Shown here one piece after another: positions 56,214-64,000 of a stretch of 64,000 nt of DNA. Both the position numbers and the translations under genes were made by a program. How positions within the stretch are numbered: the first letter of the stretch is position 1; each line of letters begins with the position of its first letter. The notes beneath the pieces were generated by a model. That model was not told the origin of the DNA, searched no databases, and worked only from the letters and a program-made list of their open reading frames with translations. The stretch comes from an uncultured bacterium (GTDB lineage: Bacteria > Omnitrophota > Omnitrophia > Omnitrophales > Abzuiibacteriaceae), in contig CAYLXA010000001.1 of NCBI GenBank assembly GCA_964387845.1, positions 224,001-288,000 on the forward strand, read 5' to 3'.

Positions 56214-56832
56214 ATGAATTCACGACCTTTCCGTTGACAACTTTCAATTTTCCGTCCACAAGCCACTGAACCGCCAGCGGATAAACTTCATATTCCGCTG
56301 CATGTATTTTTTGCTCCAAAGATTCCAATGTGTCGGAATCTAATCTCACAACTTTTTTCTGAAAAATAACCGGGCCCGTATCGATCCCTTCATCCACAAA
56401 ATGAACCGTGACGCCGGTTTCTTTTGCCTTAGCGTTCCACGCATCTTGAATCGCATGAGCGCCCGGAAACTTCGGCAAAAGCGCCGGATGGATATTGACG
56501 ATTCTTTGCGGATAAGCCCGGATAAACTCGGGGCTGAGGATCCGCATAAAACCCGCCAACACCACAAAATCAATTTTTTCCGCTTTCAATGAACCCAGAA
56601 TTGCGTTTTCAAAATCAGCTTTCGTTTTAAAATCTTTCCGGTCAAAAATCTGCGATTTTAAATTAAATCGCTTGCTCCGCTCGAGTGCCTTCGCCTGCGG
56701 ATTATCCGTCACGACAAGCCGGATTTCACAATTTTTAAGCCTACTTTGCCGGATTGAGTCAGCCAAATTTTCGAGGTTGGTCCCCGACCCCGATACAAAA
56801 ACCGCTAATTTTTTGACGCTTCCGTGTGCCAT
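56176..56832 (-). CDS. purN: Phosphoribosylglycinamide formyltransferase
   Basis: KLAVFVSGSGTNLENL and a formyl-transferase core of 218 aa. Confidence 0.8.
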   Translation of the reverse strand: MAHGSVKKLAVFVSGSGTNLENLADSIRQSRLKNCEIRLVVTDNPQAKALERSKRFNLKSQIFDRKDFKTKADFENAILGSLKAEKIDFVVLAGFMRILSPEFIRAYPQRIVNIHPALLPKFPGAHAIQDAWNAKAKETGVTVHFVDEGIDTGPVIFQKKVVRLDSDTLESLEQKIHAAEYEVYPLAVQWLVDGKLKVVNGKVVNSCAGEQVKGGKPV

Positions 56833-56890
56833 TTAAAGTGTACCATTCAGATTATCTGAATACAAACCGCCCCAACAGATAAAAATTGCT

Positions 56891-57580
56891 CTACTCTCTT
56901 ATGCCTTCAATAATAATGACAAATTCGCCGAGAATTTTACGTTTTTCAAAGTGACGGAAAACCTCCGCCGCTCTTCCCCGCACCGTTTCTTCAAATTTCT
57001 TGGTAAGTTCGCGCGCAACCGCAATTCTGCGGTCCTGAAAAATATCGGAAATATCATGGAGCGATTTCACAAGCCGATGCGGCGACTCGTAAAAAATCAG
57101 CGTTTTTTCTTCATTCAAAACGCTTTCCAAAACTTCCCTGCGCTTTTTTTCTTTATTCGGCAAATAACCGAAAAATGCAAACGGCTCACACGAAAATCCG
57201 CTCACAACCAAAGCGCTGATAACGGCCGAAGGCCCCGGAATTGATTCGATCCGGATTTGATTTTCAATCGCTTCGCGCACAAGCGGAAATCCGGGATCCG
57301 AAATCAAAGGCGTTCCGGCATCGCTCACAAGCGCAACAGACTTTCCGGATTGAAGCTCATCGATCAATAAAAAGCGTTTTGAATCTTTGCTGTGCTCGTG
57401 AAAACTTTGAAGCGGTTTTTTAATTGCGAGATGCTTTAAAAGAGTGCCCGTGTGGCGCGTGTCTTCACATGCAACGATATCAACGGATTTCAGAATCTCG
57501 ATTGCGCGAAGCGTGATGTCCGACAAATTACCGATCGGGGTCGCAACCAAATATAAAGTTCCGGGAGTTGCAGTCTGCAT
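56891..57580 (-). CDS. rsmI: 16S rRNA (cytidine1402-2'-O)-methyltransferase
   Basis: GTLYLVATPIGNLSDITLRAIEIL...ACEDTR is the RsmI/tetrapyrrole-methylase-fold signature. Confidence 0.8.
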   Translation of the reverse strand: MQTATPGTLYLVATPIGNLSDITLRAIEILKSVDIVACEDTRHTGTLLKHLAIKKPLQSFHEHSKDSKRFLLIDELQSGKSVALVSDAGTPLISDPGFPLVREAIENQIRIESIPGPSAVISALVVSGFSCEPFAFFGYLPNKEKKRREVLESVLNEEKTLIFYESPHRLVKSLHDISDIFQDRRIAVARELTKKFEETVRGRAAEVFRHFEKRKILGEFVIIIEGIRE

Positions 57581-57603
57581 GAATGCGTCAGGCGGTGAAA
57601 CGG

Positions 57604-58587
57604 TTAACGGTTCCGTTCCAGAATGTAATCCAAAAGCAGGCCGAGACTTTTCTTGGCCGGATGATCGCCGAATGATGAAAGTTCAAGCCGTGCCAAATCC
57701 GTCAATTCCTTGGCGCGCTGATAGGAATAATCCAGCGCTTCATACTGGTTCAGGTAGTCCAACAGCCGGCGAAGCCGGTTCGGCTGTTTTTCATCTTTGA
57801 GCAATTCAATCACGTCCTGTTTCGTTTTCGGATCCGCAAGCGAAAGCAGGCGGATAATCGGAAGCGTTAAGACGCCCTGCGCTAAATCAGAGCCGAGCGT
57901 TTTTCCAAATTCGTTCTCTTCGCCGGCAAAATCAAGGCAGTCATCCACAATCTGAAACGCATTTCCAAAATGAATGCCGTAGCGTTTAAGGTGAGCGGCT
58001 TGTTCATCAGACAAGCCTGCCAACAAAGCGCCTGTTTCGAGGCAGCATGCCAAAAGCGCGGCTGTTTTCCTTTCGATGATCGTAAGGTATTTTTGCTCGG
58101 TTAACGCAAAATTTCCTTTTTCACTCAGCTCCAATATTTCGCCGTCGCAAACAATGCCGGCTGTTTCCAAAAATGATGCGATCACCTTCGGATGATTGAG
58201 CTGAAACACGGAGCCGATCGCTTTATCATGCAGAAAATCCCCCACCAAAACCGCGACTTGCGAATTCCAGGCCGCATTAATGGTCGGCATATTGCGCCTC
58301 AAGTAAGCAGAGTCTATAATGTCATCGTGGATCAAGGTTGCTGAATGGAATATTTCGAGCGCCGCGGCCATCTGAACGGCTTTGGCATCCGTTTGGCTGC
58401 CGAGACTGGCGCCAAACAGGCAAAGTGCCGGCCTTAAAAATTTGCCTTTGGCTTTGAAAAAATAACGGATAACATCGCTCGACAATTCGTTTGTTGTGGC
58501 TAAAATATCTAAGATTTTATCTTCCGCCTGAGGCAGGCGGTCTTGAATCGGAGCATAAATGGCTTCTAAATTGAGCGCTGTTTTCAT
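57604..58587 (-). CDS. Polyprenyl diphosphate synthase (all-trans, IspB-like)
   Basis: First Asp-rich motif LIHDDIID and second motif GNAFQIVDDCLDF. Confidence 0.8.
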   Translation of the reverse strand: MKTALNLEAIYAPIQDRLPQAEDKILDILATTNELSSDVIRYFFKAKGKFLRPALCLFGASLGSQTDAKAVQMAAALEIFHSATLIHDDIIDSAYLRRNMPTINAAWNSQVAVLVGDFLHDKAIGSVFQLNHPKVIASFLETAGIVCDGEILELSEKGNFALTEQKYLTIIERKTAALLACCLETGALLAGLSDEQAAHLKRYGIHFGNAFQIVDDCLDFAGEENEFGKTLGSDLAQGVLTLPIIRLLSLADPKTKQDVIELLKDEKQPNRLRRLLDYLNQYEALDYSYQRAKELTDLARLELSSFGDHPAKKSLGLLLDYILERNR

Positions 58588-58691
58588 GAATTTTTAGGGG
58601 TTTTGAAAGCCGTATTATGCCACGTGAAAAGCGGTGCTACAACTTTTTTCGAAACAGCCGATGATTTAGGTACAAAGTCGGCTTTTAACCT

Positions 58692-59063
58692 ATGAAAAAG
58701 ATACTCATTATCGACGACGAACCCGAGATTTGCGATGCGGTGGCTGAATTCCTGAAAGAAGACGGCTATGAAACCATTGTCGCGCACCGGGGCCATGAAG
58801 CGCTTGATAAAACACTCAAAGAAAAGCCGGATCTTTTGATTTTAGACGTCGCACTGCCGGATGTGGACGGCACGGTGGTTTATGAGACGCTCCGCAAGAT
58901 TCCCGAAACCAAAGAGATCAACGTGATTTTCCTGACCGCACTGGCATCGGGAGCGCCGCAGCAATTTGTCGGCGTTGACCGCGCACACTATTCCCTGCTT
59001 TCAAAACCGGTTGAAGTCGAGGTTCTTCGGCAAGAAGTCGTGCGCATGATCGGCAAGCCATAA
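58692..59063 (+). CDS. Single-domain response regulator in the chromosomal core
   Basis: KILIIDDEPEICDAVAEFL...LLILDVALPDVDG...KP. Confidence 0.7.
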   Translation: MKKILIIDDEPEICDAVAEFLKEDGYETIVAHRGHEALDKTLKEKPDLLILDVALPDVDGTVVYETLRKIPETKEINVIFLTALASGAPQQFVGVDRAHYSLLSKPVEVEVLRQEVVRMIGKP

Positions 59064-59075
59064 AACTATGATATT

Positions 59076-59170
59076 TTCCCTCTCCCTCTGGGAGAGGGTC
59101 AGGGTGAGGGAGATATCTTCTAAACTATCACCCTCATCCTAGCCTTCTCCCTCTAAAGAGGGAGAAGGAA
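59076..59170. terminator. GA/CT-rich hairpins between convergent genes; a probable bidirectional terminator
   Basis: CCTTCTCCCTCT-aaa-AGAGGGAGAAGG, a 12-bp stem with a 3-nt loop, and an upstream TCTCCCTC...GAGGGAGA pairing. Confidence 0.4.
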
Positions 59171-59698
59171 TATTTGAGAAAGCCCTAAGCTTTCCGCAAT
59201 CCGGTAAGCCAAAATTCCCGCAGCCACCGAAGCATTTAAAGAATTTTTCTCACCCAACATCGGAATTTCAACCGCCAGATCGGCAATTGAAACCAGGCTC
59301 TCATCAACGCCCGTAACTTCGTTTCCAATCACCAAACAAACCGGCGCTTTGGGTTTTGCTTCAGCATACGAAATACTGGAATTTGTGTGCTCAAGCACGA
59401 TGAGCTGAGTTCCGTTTTCTTTCAAATGGTTTGCAATTTCAAATGCATCCGCGCGATATTCCCACGGCACGGACATTTCGGCACCAAGCGCTGTCTTTGT
59501 AATCATCCGGCTTGGCGGCTTTCCGGTAATGCCGCATAAATAAATTTTCTCGGCGCGGATGCCGTCCGCGATTCTGAAAATGGCGCCGACATTGTGCAGG
59601 CTCCGGATATCATTCAAAAGAAGCGAGATTGGATTGCGTCTAGCGGATTGATTCTGCTCACGTAATCTGAGGATTTCTTCGTGGGTGAGTTTCTTCAT
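59153..59698 (-). CDS. TrmH/SpoU-family RNA 2'-O-methyltransferase
   Basis: SPOUT fold motifs LEHTNSS, GNEVTGV, EIPMLGEKNSLNASVAAGILAY. Confidence 0.7.
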   Translation of the reverse strand: MKKLTHEEILRLREQNQSARRNPISLLLNDIRSLHNVGAIFRIADGIRAEKIYLCGITGKPPSRMITKTALGAEMSVPWEYRADAFEIANHLKENGTQLIVLEHTNSSISYAEAKPKAPVCLVIGNEVTGVDESLVSIADLAVEIPMLGEKNSLNASVAAGILAYRIAESLGLSQIFLLPL

Positions 59699-59799
59699 AG
59701 CGTTCAGCGGACAGCGTTTAGCGTATAGGAAAGATAAACAAATGATTCATTTTGACTATCTCAAATCAGTCCTATCCGCTATACGCTGTGCGCTATCCG

Positions 59800-60798
59800 C
59801 TAGATTTTGAGTTTCCGGACACGCACTCCGGCTTCTTTGAGAAGATTGAGCGCCGTGCCGCCGAGCGGATAATCTACGTTATAAACCACTTCCTTCAGGC
59901 CGCTATTGATGATCATTTTGGTACACAAAAGGCAGGGTGAAAATGTTGTGTAAATCGTTGCGCCGCCGATATTGACGCCGTGGTAAGCCGATTGCGTGAT
60001 GGCGTTTTCTTCGCCGTGTGAGCAGAGGCATTCTTCTAGTTTTGTTCCGGAAGTCGTAAAGCTATTGCAGCGCGGGCACCCGCCTTCGTTGCAATTTTTA
60101 ACGCCGCGCGGCGTTCCGTTGTAGCCCGTGGAAATGATGCGTTTGTCTTTAACAATAACGGCCGCGACTTTGCGCTTCACACAATTTGACCTCAGGGAAA
60201 CGACTTTCGCGATTTCCATGAAGTATTCGTCCCAGTCAGGCCTTTTTTTTTGCGCAGAAATTTTCATGACAAGTTTCGCGATTTTATCATGAAATTCCGA
60301 AACTGTGCCCGAATTTTGCACCGTGTGATCGGCGAGCTCTAAAGTCCGGTCAAGCTGCTGGTCGCTTCCGACTTTGCTCTTCCCTTCGACATTCTCGAGC
60401 CGTTGAAATTCCGAAAAAGTAATCGGGTCTTTTTCGCGCCCGCGTTTTTTGATCCGCTGAAACCGGATTTTGGGAGAAGCCGCTACTTGAACCAACACAA
60501 AACCGTTTTTCGCGCGCAACTCCCGGACTTCTTCCGGATGCCGGATTGAATCGATCACATAATGCTTGTCGACATCTATTTTCTCGAGCGTCCGCTTCGC
60601 CAGAACACCTGCACCGTATTTTTGGCGGAGATCATTGCCGATTGCGATTAAATTTTCACGCGTGACGGGTTTTTTGCGCTTTTTGGCTTCATCCCGGACC
60701 ACATCCGAAAGCGAGAGATAATGAAAGCCGCGGTCCTTCAAAAAATCGGCAGCTACGCCCTTTCCGGAACCATTCTTGCCTGTTAAACCAATTAACAT
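59800..60798 (-). CDS. Bifunctional-looking protein: N-terminal P-loop nucleotide kinase-like domain fused to a dCMP deaminase (ComEB-type) domain
   Basis: Walker A GLTGKNGSGKG. C-terminal HGEENAI...PCLLCTKMI is the cytidine/dCMP deaminase zinc motif. Confidence 0.65.
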   Translation of the reverse strand: MLIGLTGKNGSGKGVAADFLKDRGFHYLSLSDVVRDEAKKRKKPVTRENLIAIGNDLRQKYGAGVLAKRTLEKIDVDKHYVIDSIRHPEEVRELRAKNGFVLVQVAASPKIRFQRIKKRGREKDPITFSEFQRLENVEGKSKVGSDQQLDRTLELADHTVQNSGTVSEFHDKIAKLVMKISAQKKRPDWDEYFMEIAKVVSLRSNCVKRKVAAVIVKDKRIISTGYNGTPRGVKNCNEGGCPRCNSFTTSGTKLEECLCSHGEENAITQSAYHGVNIGGATIYTTFSPCLLCTKMIINSGLKEVVYNVDYPLGGTALNLLKEAGVRVRKLKI

Positions 60799-60824
60799 GA
60801 ACCTTTTCTCCGACTTTACAAACC

Positions 60825-61754
60825 ATGAATGAGTGCCGAAATTCTATATTACACGCTTTCAGTGTTCAAGGTGTTATTTATATGGGAAAACTTACAAAAT
60901 CCACCCGCCGCGGCATTTTCTATATGGTTGCCGCTTCACTCGGGTTTGCCACCATGGCTGCTTTGGTGAAAATTTTGAGCCACAGCCTGCCGCCGTTTGA
61001 AATTGTATTCTTTCGCAGTTTGTTTGGTTCTCTGATCATGGCTGCTGTGCTTTTTAGAAAGCGGAAGTCATTCGTCGGGAAAAATCCAAAGTTGTTGGTT
61101 TGGCGGGGCGTGTTTGGGTTTGCAGCGCTTCTGATGAACTTTTATTCGATTTCAGAACTGAATCTCGGAACCGCAGTCATGCTGAACAACACCTCTCCAA
61201 TTTTTGTTGCGGTCCTTTCATCCATACTATTAAAAGAACGGATTTCGCTCCGGCTTTGGGTTTTAACACTTGCATGCTTCGCAGGCGTGTATTTGCTCAC
61301 GGCTCATCAGCTACTCATTGAACCATTTCCGGTTGTGGTTGGCATACTTTCAGGAGTTCTCGCAGCGGCCGCATTCTTGACCATCAGCGTGGCGGAAGAA
61401 TCAGAATCTTCTTACACTATCATTTTTTATTTTACGACTATTTCTGCAATCGGAAGCTTGCCGCTTTTGAAATTTGGATACGTAACGCCTCATTTAAATG
61501 ATTGGTGGGTCATCGGCGGCATTGCCATCACGTCATTTTTCGCGCAAGTTTATGTCACGCGCTCATTCCGGATTGCCCCGCCTTCGGTGGTAAGCCCATT
61601 TGGATATTTAATGCCGGTGTGTTCGTTTGGTTACGGATTTTTGCTTTGGAAAGACCCTGTAACGCCTAGTATGTTTTTGGGAGCGCTTCTCATCATCATC
61701 AGCGGAGTTCTTATTTACCTCTTCGAACACAAAGCTCGCCCGCTCACTGATTAG
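60825..61754 (+). CDS. EamA/DMT-family transporter
   Basis: 10 TM segments forming two EamA repeats. The start is probably the internal MGKL. Confidence 0.65.
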   Translation: MNECRNSILHAFSVQGVIYMGKLTKSTRRGIFYMVAASLGFATMAALVKILSHSLPPFEIVFFRSLFGSLIMAAVLFRKRKSFVGKNPKLLVWRGVFGFAALLMNFYSISELNLGTAVMLNNTSPIFVAVLSSILLKERISLRLWVLTLACFAGVYLLTAHQLLIEPFPVVVGILSGVLAAAAFLTISVAEESESSYTIIFYFTTISAIGSLPLLKFGYVTPHLNDWWVIGGIAITSFFAQVYVTRSFRIAPPSVVSPFGYLMPVCSFGYGFLLWKDPVTPSMFLGALLIIISGVLIYLFEHKARPLTD

Positions 61755-61797
61755 AAAATAAAAGGATTAAATCAGGCACGGACTCTGTGCTTTGAAC

Positions 61798-62391
61798 TTA
61801 CGAAGAAATGATGCTGACCAGAAACTCAACGTTGCGCCTGAGCGCGGCGGGATCCTGGAAAGCGCGGGCAAGCAGGTAGGCGCCCTGAATTTGCGACAAA
61901 ATCGCTTCGGCGGCTTCTCTCGGAATAATCGACTGCCGGAATTCATCCTCGTCAATTCCTTCCTGAATGACGCCTTCCAAGTGAGAAGCATAACGGATGA
62001 AGTAGTCGTTTAACTTTTCCTGAAAAAAAGAATGCCGGTCTGCAAGCTCTGCCGTTAGATTTCCGAACACATCACCCGTTTTGCCGCCGCCTGACTCAAA
62101 CTGCTTTACGAGAAACTCGGCAAGCTGCTCGAGCCGCTCCTTGGGAGAAAGTGATTTGTTGCTGAGGATTTTCTGCCAGATTTCTTCATCCACTTTTTCG
62201 AGCATCGCGTCGAATGCGGCCATCGCACAGGCCTCTTTGCTCTCGTAGTGGTAATAAAAGTTGCTTTTTTTGACGCCGCTTTTTTCGAGAATATCATCCA
62301 CGGTCATGTGGTGATAGCCCTTTTCGCGCATCAGGGCAATCGTTGCGTCAATCAATTTGAACTTGTTCCGCCTGCGGATTAGGATTTCCAT
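61798..62391 (-). CDS. TetR-family transcriptional regulator
   Basis: N-terminal KLIDATIALMREKGYHHMTVDDILEKSGVKKSNFYYHY is a TetR HTH. Confidence 0.75.
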   Translation of the reverse strand: MEILIRRRNKFKLIDATIALMREKGYHHMTVDDILEKSGVKKSNFYYHYESKEACAMAAFDAMLEKVDEEIWQKILSNKSLSPKERLEQLAEFLVKQFESGGGKTGDVFGNLTAELADRHSFFQEKLNDYFIRYASHLEGVIQEGIDEDEFRQSIIPREAAEAILSQIQGAYLLARAFQDPAALRRNVEFLVSIISS

Positions 62392-62394
62392 AGG

Positions 62395-62742
62395 TTATGT
62401 TTTGAGCTGCTTGGGTAGTTTATCAATTTTTGCAGCCAAAATAAAATCATTTTCTGAGAGGCCGCCGATCGCGTGCGTGCTGAGTTCGACGGTCAGTTTC
62501 CGGTAGGACGTTAAATGAAGGTCCGGGTGATGATTTTCCAGCTCTGCAATTTCCATGATTTTATTGATTAAATCAACGGCACATCTGAAATTTTTCATCA
62601 CGTAGCCGGCCTTAATCAATTTGGCATCCGGCGCCAAAACCCATCCCGACAAGCCCATGAGCAGTTCTTCGGATTGCGACCTTGTAAGCGGCTGCGCACC
62701 GCCTTCGCACGGCACGCATTTTTTATCGGCCAGCGAGCTCAT
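62395..62742 (-). CDS. Pterin-4a-carbinolamine dehydratase (PCD/DCoH)
   Basis: HHPDLHLTSYRKLTVELSTHAIGGLSENDFILAAKID. Confidence 0.75.
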   Translation of the reverse strand: MSSLADKKCVPCEGGAQPLTRSQSEELLMGLSGWVLAPDAKLIKAGYVMKNFRCAVDLINKIMEIAELENHHPDLHLTSYRKLTVELSTHAIGGLSENDFILAAKIDKLPKQLKT

Positions 62743-62984
62743 TGAACATCCGCTTTCGGAGGATTTGGATTGGTGAATTCATAGGTATCTAAAATGTAAG
62801 TTTTCTGCACTCTTTCGCCCGGTTTTTCATTCACGTAAGTCGCACCGCCCCACAAGCGAATGCAGCCGGTTTGAATCACCGATAGCGTCAATAAACAAAC
62901 GGCCAAAAGAAATAACCGGGGCCTGATTTTATTCTGTCTAAAAGAAAAGCGCATATTTGGCATACGGCGCTGCCGCTCCCGCAA
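62739..62984 (-). CDS. Small exported/lipoprotein-like protein
   Basis: N-terminal signal sequence with a Cys after the hydrophobic core (VIQTGC). Confidence 0.3.
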   Translation of the reverse strand: MRERQRRMPNMRFSFRQNKIRPRLFLLAVCLLTLSVIQTGCIRLWGGATYVNEKPGERVQKTYILDTYEFTNPNPPKADVQ

Positions 62985-63255
62985 TATCCCACAAGCCGCT
63001 CATTAAATAAGAAACGGTTTTGGCGGTCCCGCCGACAGCTCCGTTCAGTATACCGATCGGCGGCGCTTGTGTGAAAGATTTTTGCAATAAGTGGGCCGGA
63101 AGTTGGAACGGGGCCGATACGACCTTCCCGAAACCTTGCATGAAGCGGGATGTATCAGAATACTCAACTGCATAAGCGGGTGCTAAAAAAACGAGGAAAC
63201 AGATAAAAAATCCGCCGATGACCGATAAAGAAGAGTGTGTCTTTTTCTGTTTCAT
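62938..63255 (-). CDS. Small membrane protein with a signal peptide
   Basis: Hydrophobic N-terminus plus a second TM-like segment. Confidence 0.3.
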   Translation of the reverse strand: MKQKKTHSSLSVIGGFFICFLVFLAPAYAVEYSDTSRFMQGFGKVVSAPFQLPAHLLQKSFTQAPPIGILNGAVGGTAKTVSYLMSGLWDIAGAAAPYAKYALFF

Positions 63256-63324
63256 GAGAAACCGTTATTTAGAAAATGCCGGTATATTGAATATCGGCCT
63301 TCGTGGAGCAAAAATAATCTCTTT

Positions 63325-63930
63325 TTACCAGCCGAGCCCTAATTTCTTAAATGCCTCAATCAAACGTGCGGGCGATATGAATTGAATGCCGTGAATACCG
63401 ACCCGTTCCGCGGCTTGTACAAATTCAGCGACATCATCAACAAAAACCGACTCCTCGGGTTTTTGCCCAGACACTTCAAGTGCATGGCGAAAGATCGCTT
63501 CATCGGGTTTACGGTAACCGACTTCGTGAGAGGGAAAATGACGCTTGAAGTGCTTTAAAACAGGAAATTTCTGTTTGATGAATTCAAAGTGAAGTTCGTT
63601 CGTGTTCGAAATCAAAAAAAGCGGATACTGTTTCGAAAGCGCTGCCACCAAATCCAGCATGCCGTCATTTTCCGTGAAAATGTCGTTCCACATTTCTGAA
63701 AATGATTCAAAAGTAATTTGAGCCGGATAACGGGCTTTGATTTGATTGAAGAATTCAAGTGACGAGATTTTTCCGGTCGTGTAAGAACGTTCCAAATCGG
63801 AAACAAAAAGGTCCCGCCATAATTGCGCCTCACTAATGCCAAATGCTTTTGACAATTTTCCGGCCGCGATATTGGCGTCAAATTTGACCAACACGTTTCC
63901 CAAATCAAAAAAGATTGCGCGAATCGCCAT
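63325..63930 (-). CDS. HAD-superfamily hydrolase
   Basis: MAIRAIFFDLGNVLV carries the DxG motif I. It also has the downstream ISNT and VDD motifs. Confidence 0.7.
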   Translation of the reverse strand: MAIRAIFFDLGNVLVKFDANIAAGKLSKAFGISEAQLWRDLFVSDLERSYTTGKISSLEFFNQIKARYPAQITFESFSEMWNDIFTENDGMLDLVAALSKQYPLFLISNTNELHFEFIKQKFPVLKHFKRHFPSHEVGYRKPDEAIFRHALEVSGQKPEESVFVDDVAEFVQAAERVGIHGIQFISPARLIEAFKKLGLGW

Positions 63931-64000
63931 CAGACTGCCGTTTCTCCCTCTTTTTCCAAGTGATCCAGGAATTTCTCATCCTTTTTCCAATCTTTGCGCT

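Overview
This window comes from a diderm bacterial chromosome; I cannot place the organism further than that. Housekeeping genes flank a ~48 kb integrative and conjugative element (ICE). On the left are the 5' part of metH, an MgtC/DUF4010 gene, msrA, hemW, uppP and a lipoprotein. On the right are ftsB, eno, purN, rsmI, a polyprenyl synthase, a TrmH-like methyltransferase, a kinase-dCMP-deaminase fusion, an EamA transporter, a TetR regulator, PCD and a HAD hydrolase. The ICE is inserted into the 3' half of an initiator-like tRNA-Met(CAT). The intact gene lies at 53424..53497 on the minus strand. An identical 42-bp 3'-half copy, plus an encoded CCA, lies at 5521..5565 next to a tyrosine integrase. 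Nearly all island genes are on the minus strand, many with 4-nt ATGA start/stop overlaps. Maintenance and transfer genes: integrase, two small excisionase-type HTH proteins, a P-type Trb mating-pair-formation operon in canonical order trbC-D-E-J-L-F-G-I with no VirB11/TrbB in the window, a VirD4/TraG coupling protein, a Replic_Relax-family putative relaxase, and two PC4-like ssDNA-binding paralogues. Cargo genes fall into six groups. First, a class-II (Ntn) glutamine amidotransferase paired with a glutamine-synthetase/GCS2-like amidoligase, both carrying zinc-ribbon extensions. Second, a sugar nucleotidyltransferase followed by a TolC-like, processive GT2 synthase and HlyD-like module. Third, a 1304-aa STAND NTPase with a DUF4062-like N-terminus, which looks like a defence gene. 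Fourth, a 2070-aa secreted SpvB/FG-GAP/YD-repeat Rhs 'cocoon' protein with an uncharacterised C-terminal tip; an Ig-like partner is encoded upstream and candidate immunity genes downstream. Fifth, an island-borne two-component cluster (sensor kinase, several receiver proteins, XRE-cupin regulator, methyltransferase, ACP). Sixth, an excisionase-HTH/receiver fusion beside attL. Several conserved non-coding motifs recur in the island. These are a ~50-bp element upstream of both transfer operons, an 18-bp-arm inverted repeat that is a candidate oriT, a 21-bp-phased CACWSTAGAT repeat upstream of two operons, a ~60-bp repeat upstream of two cargo operons, and TGTTAGCAC arm-type repeats at both island ends. 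I saw no CRISPR array, rRNA or phage structural genes.
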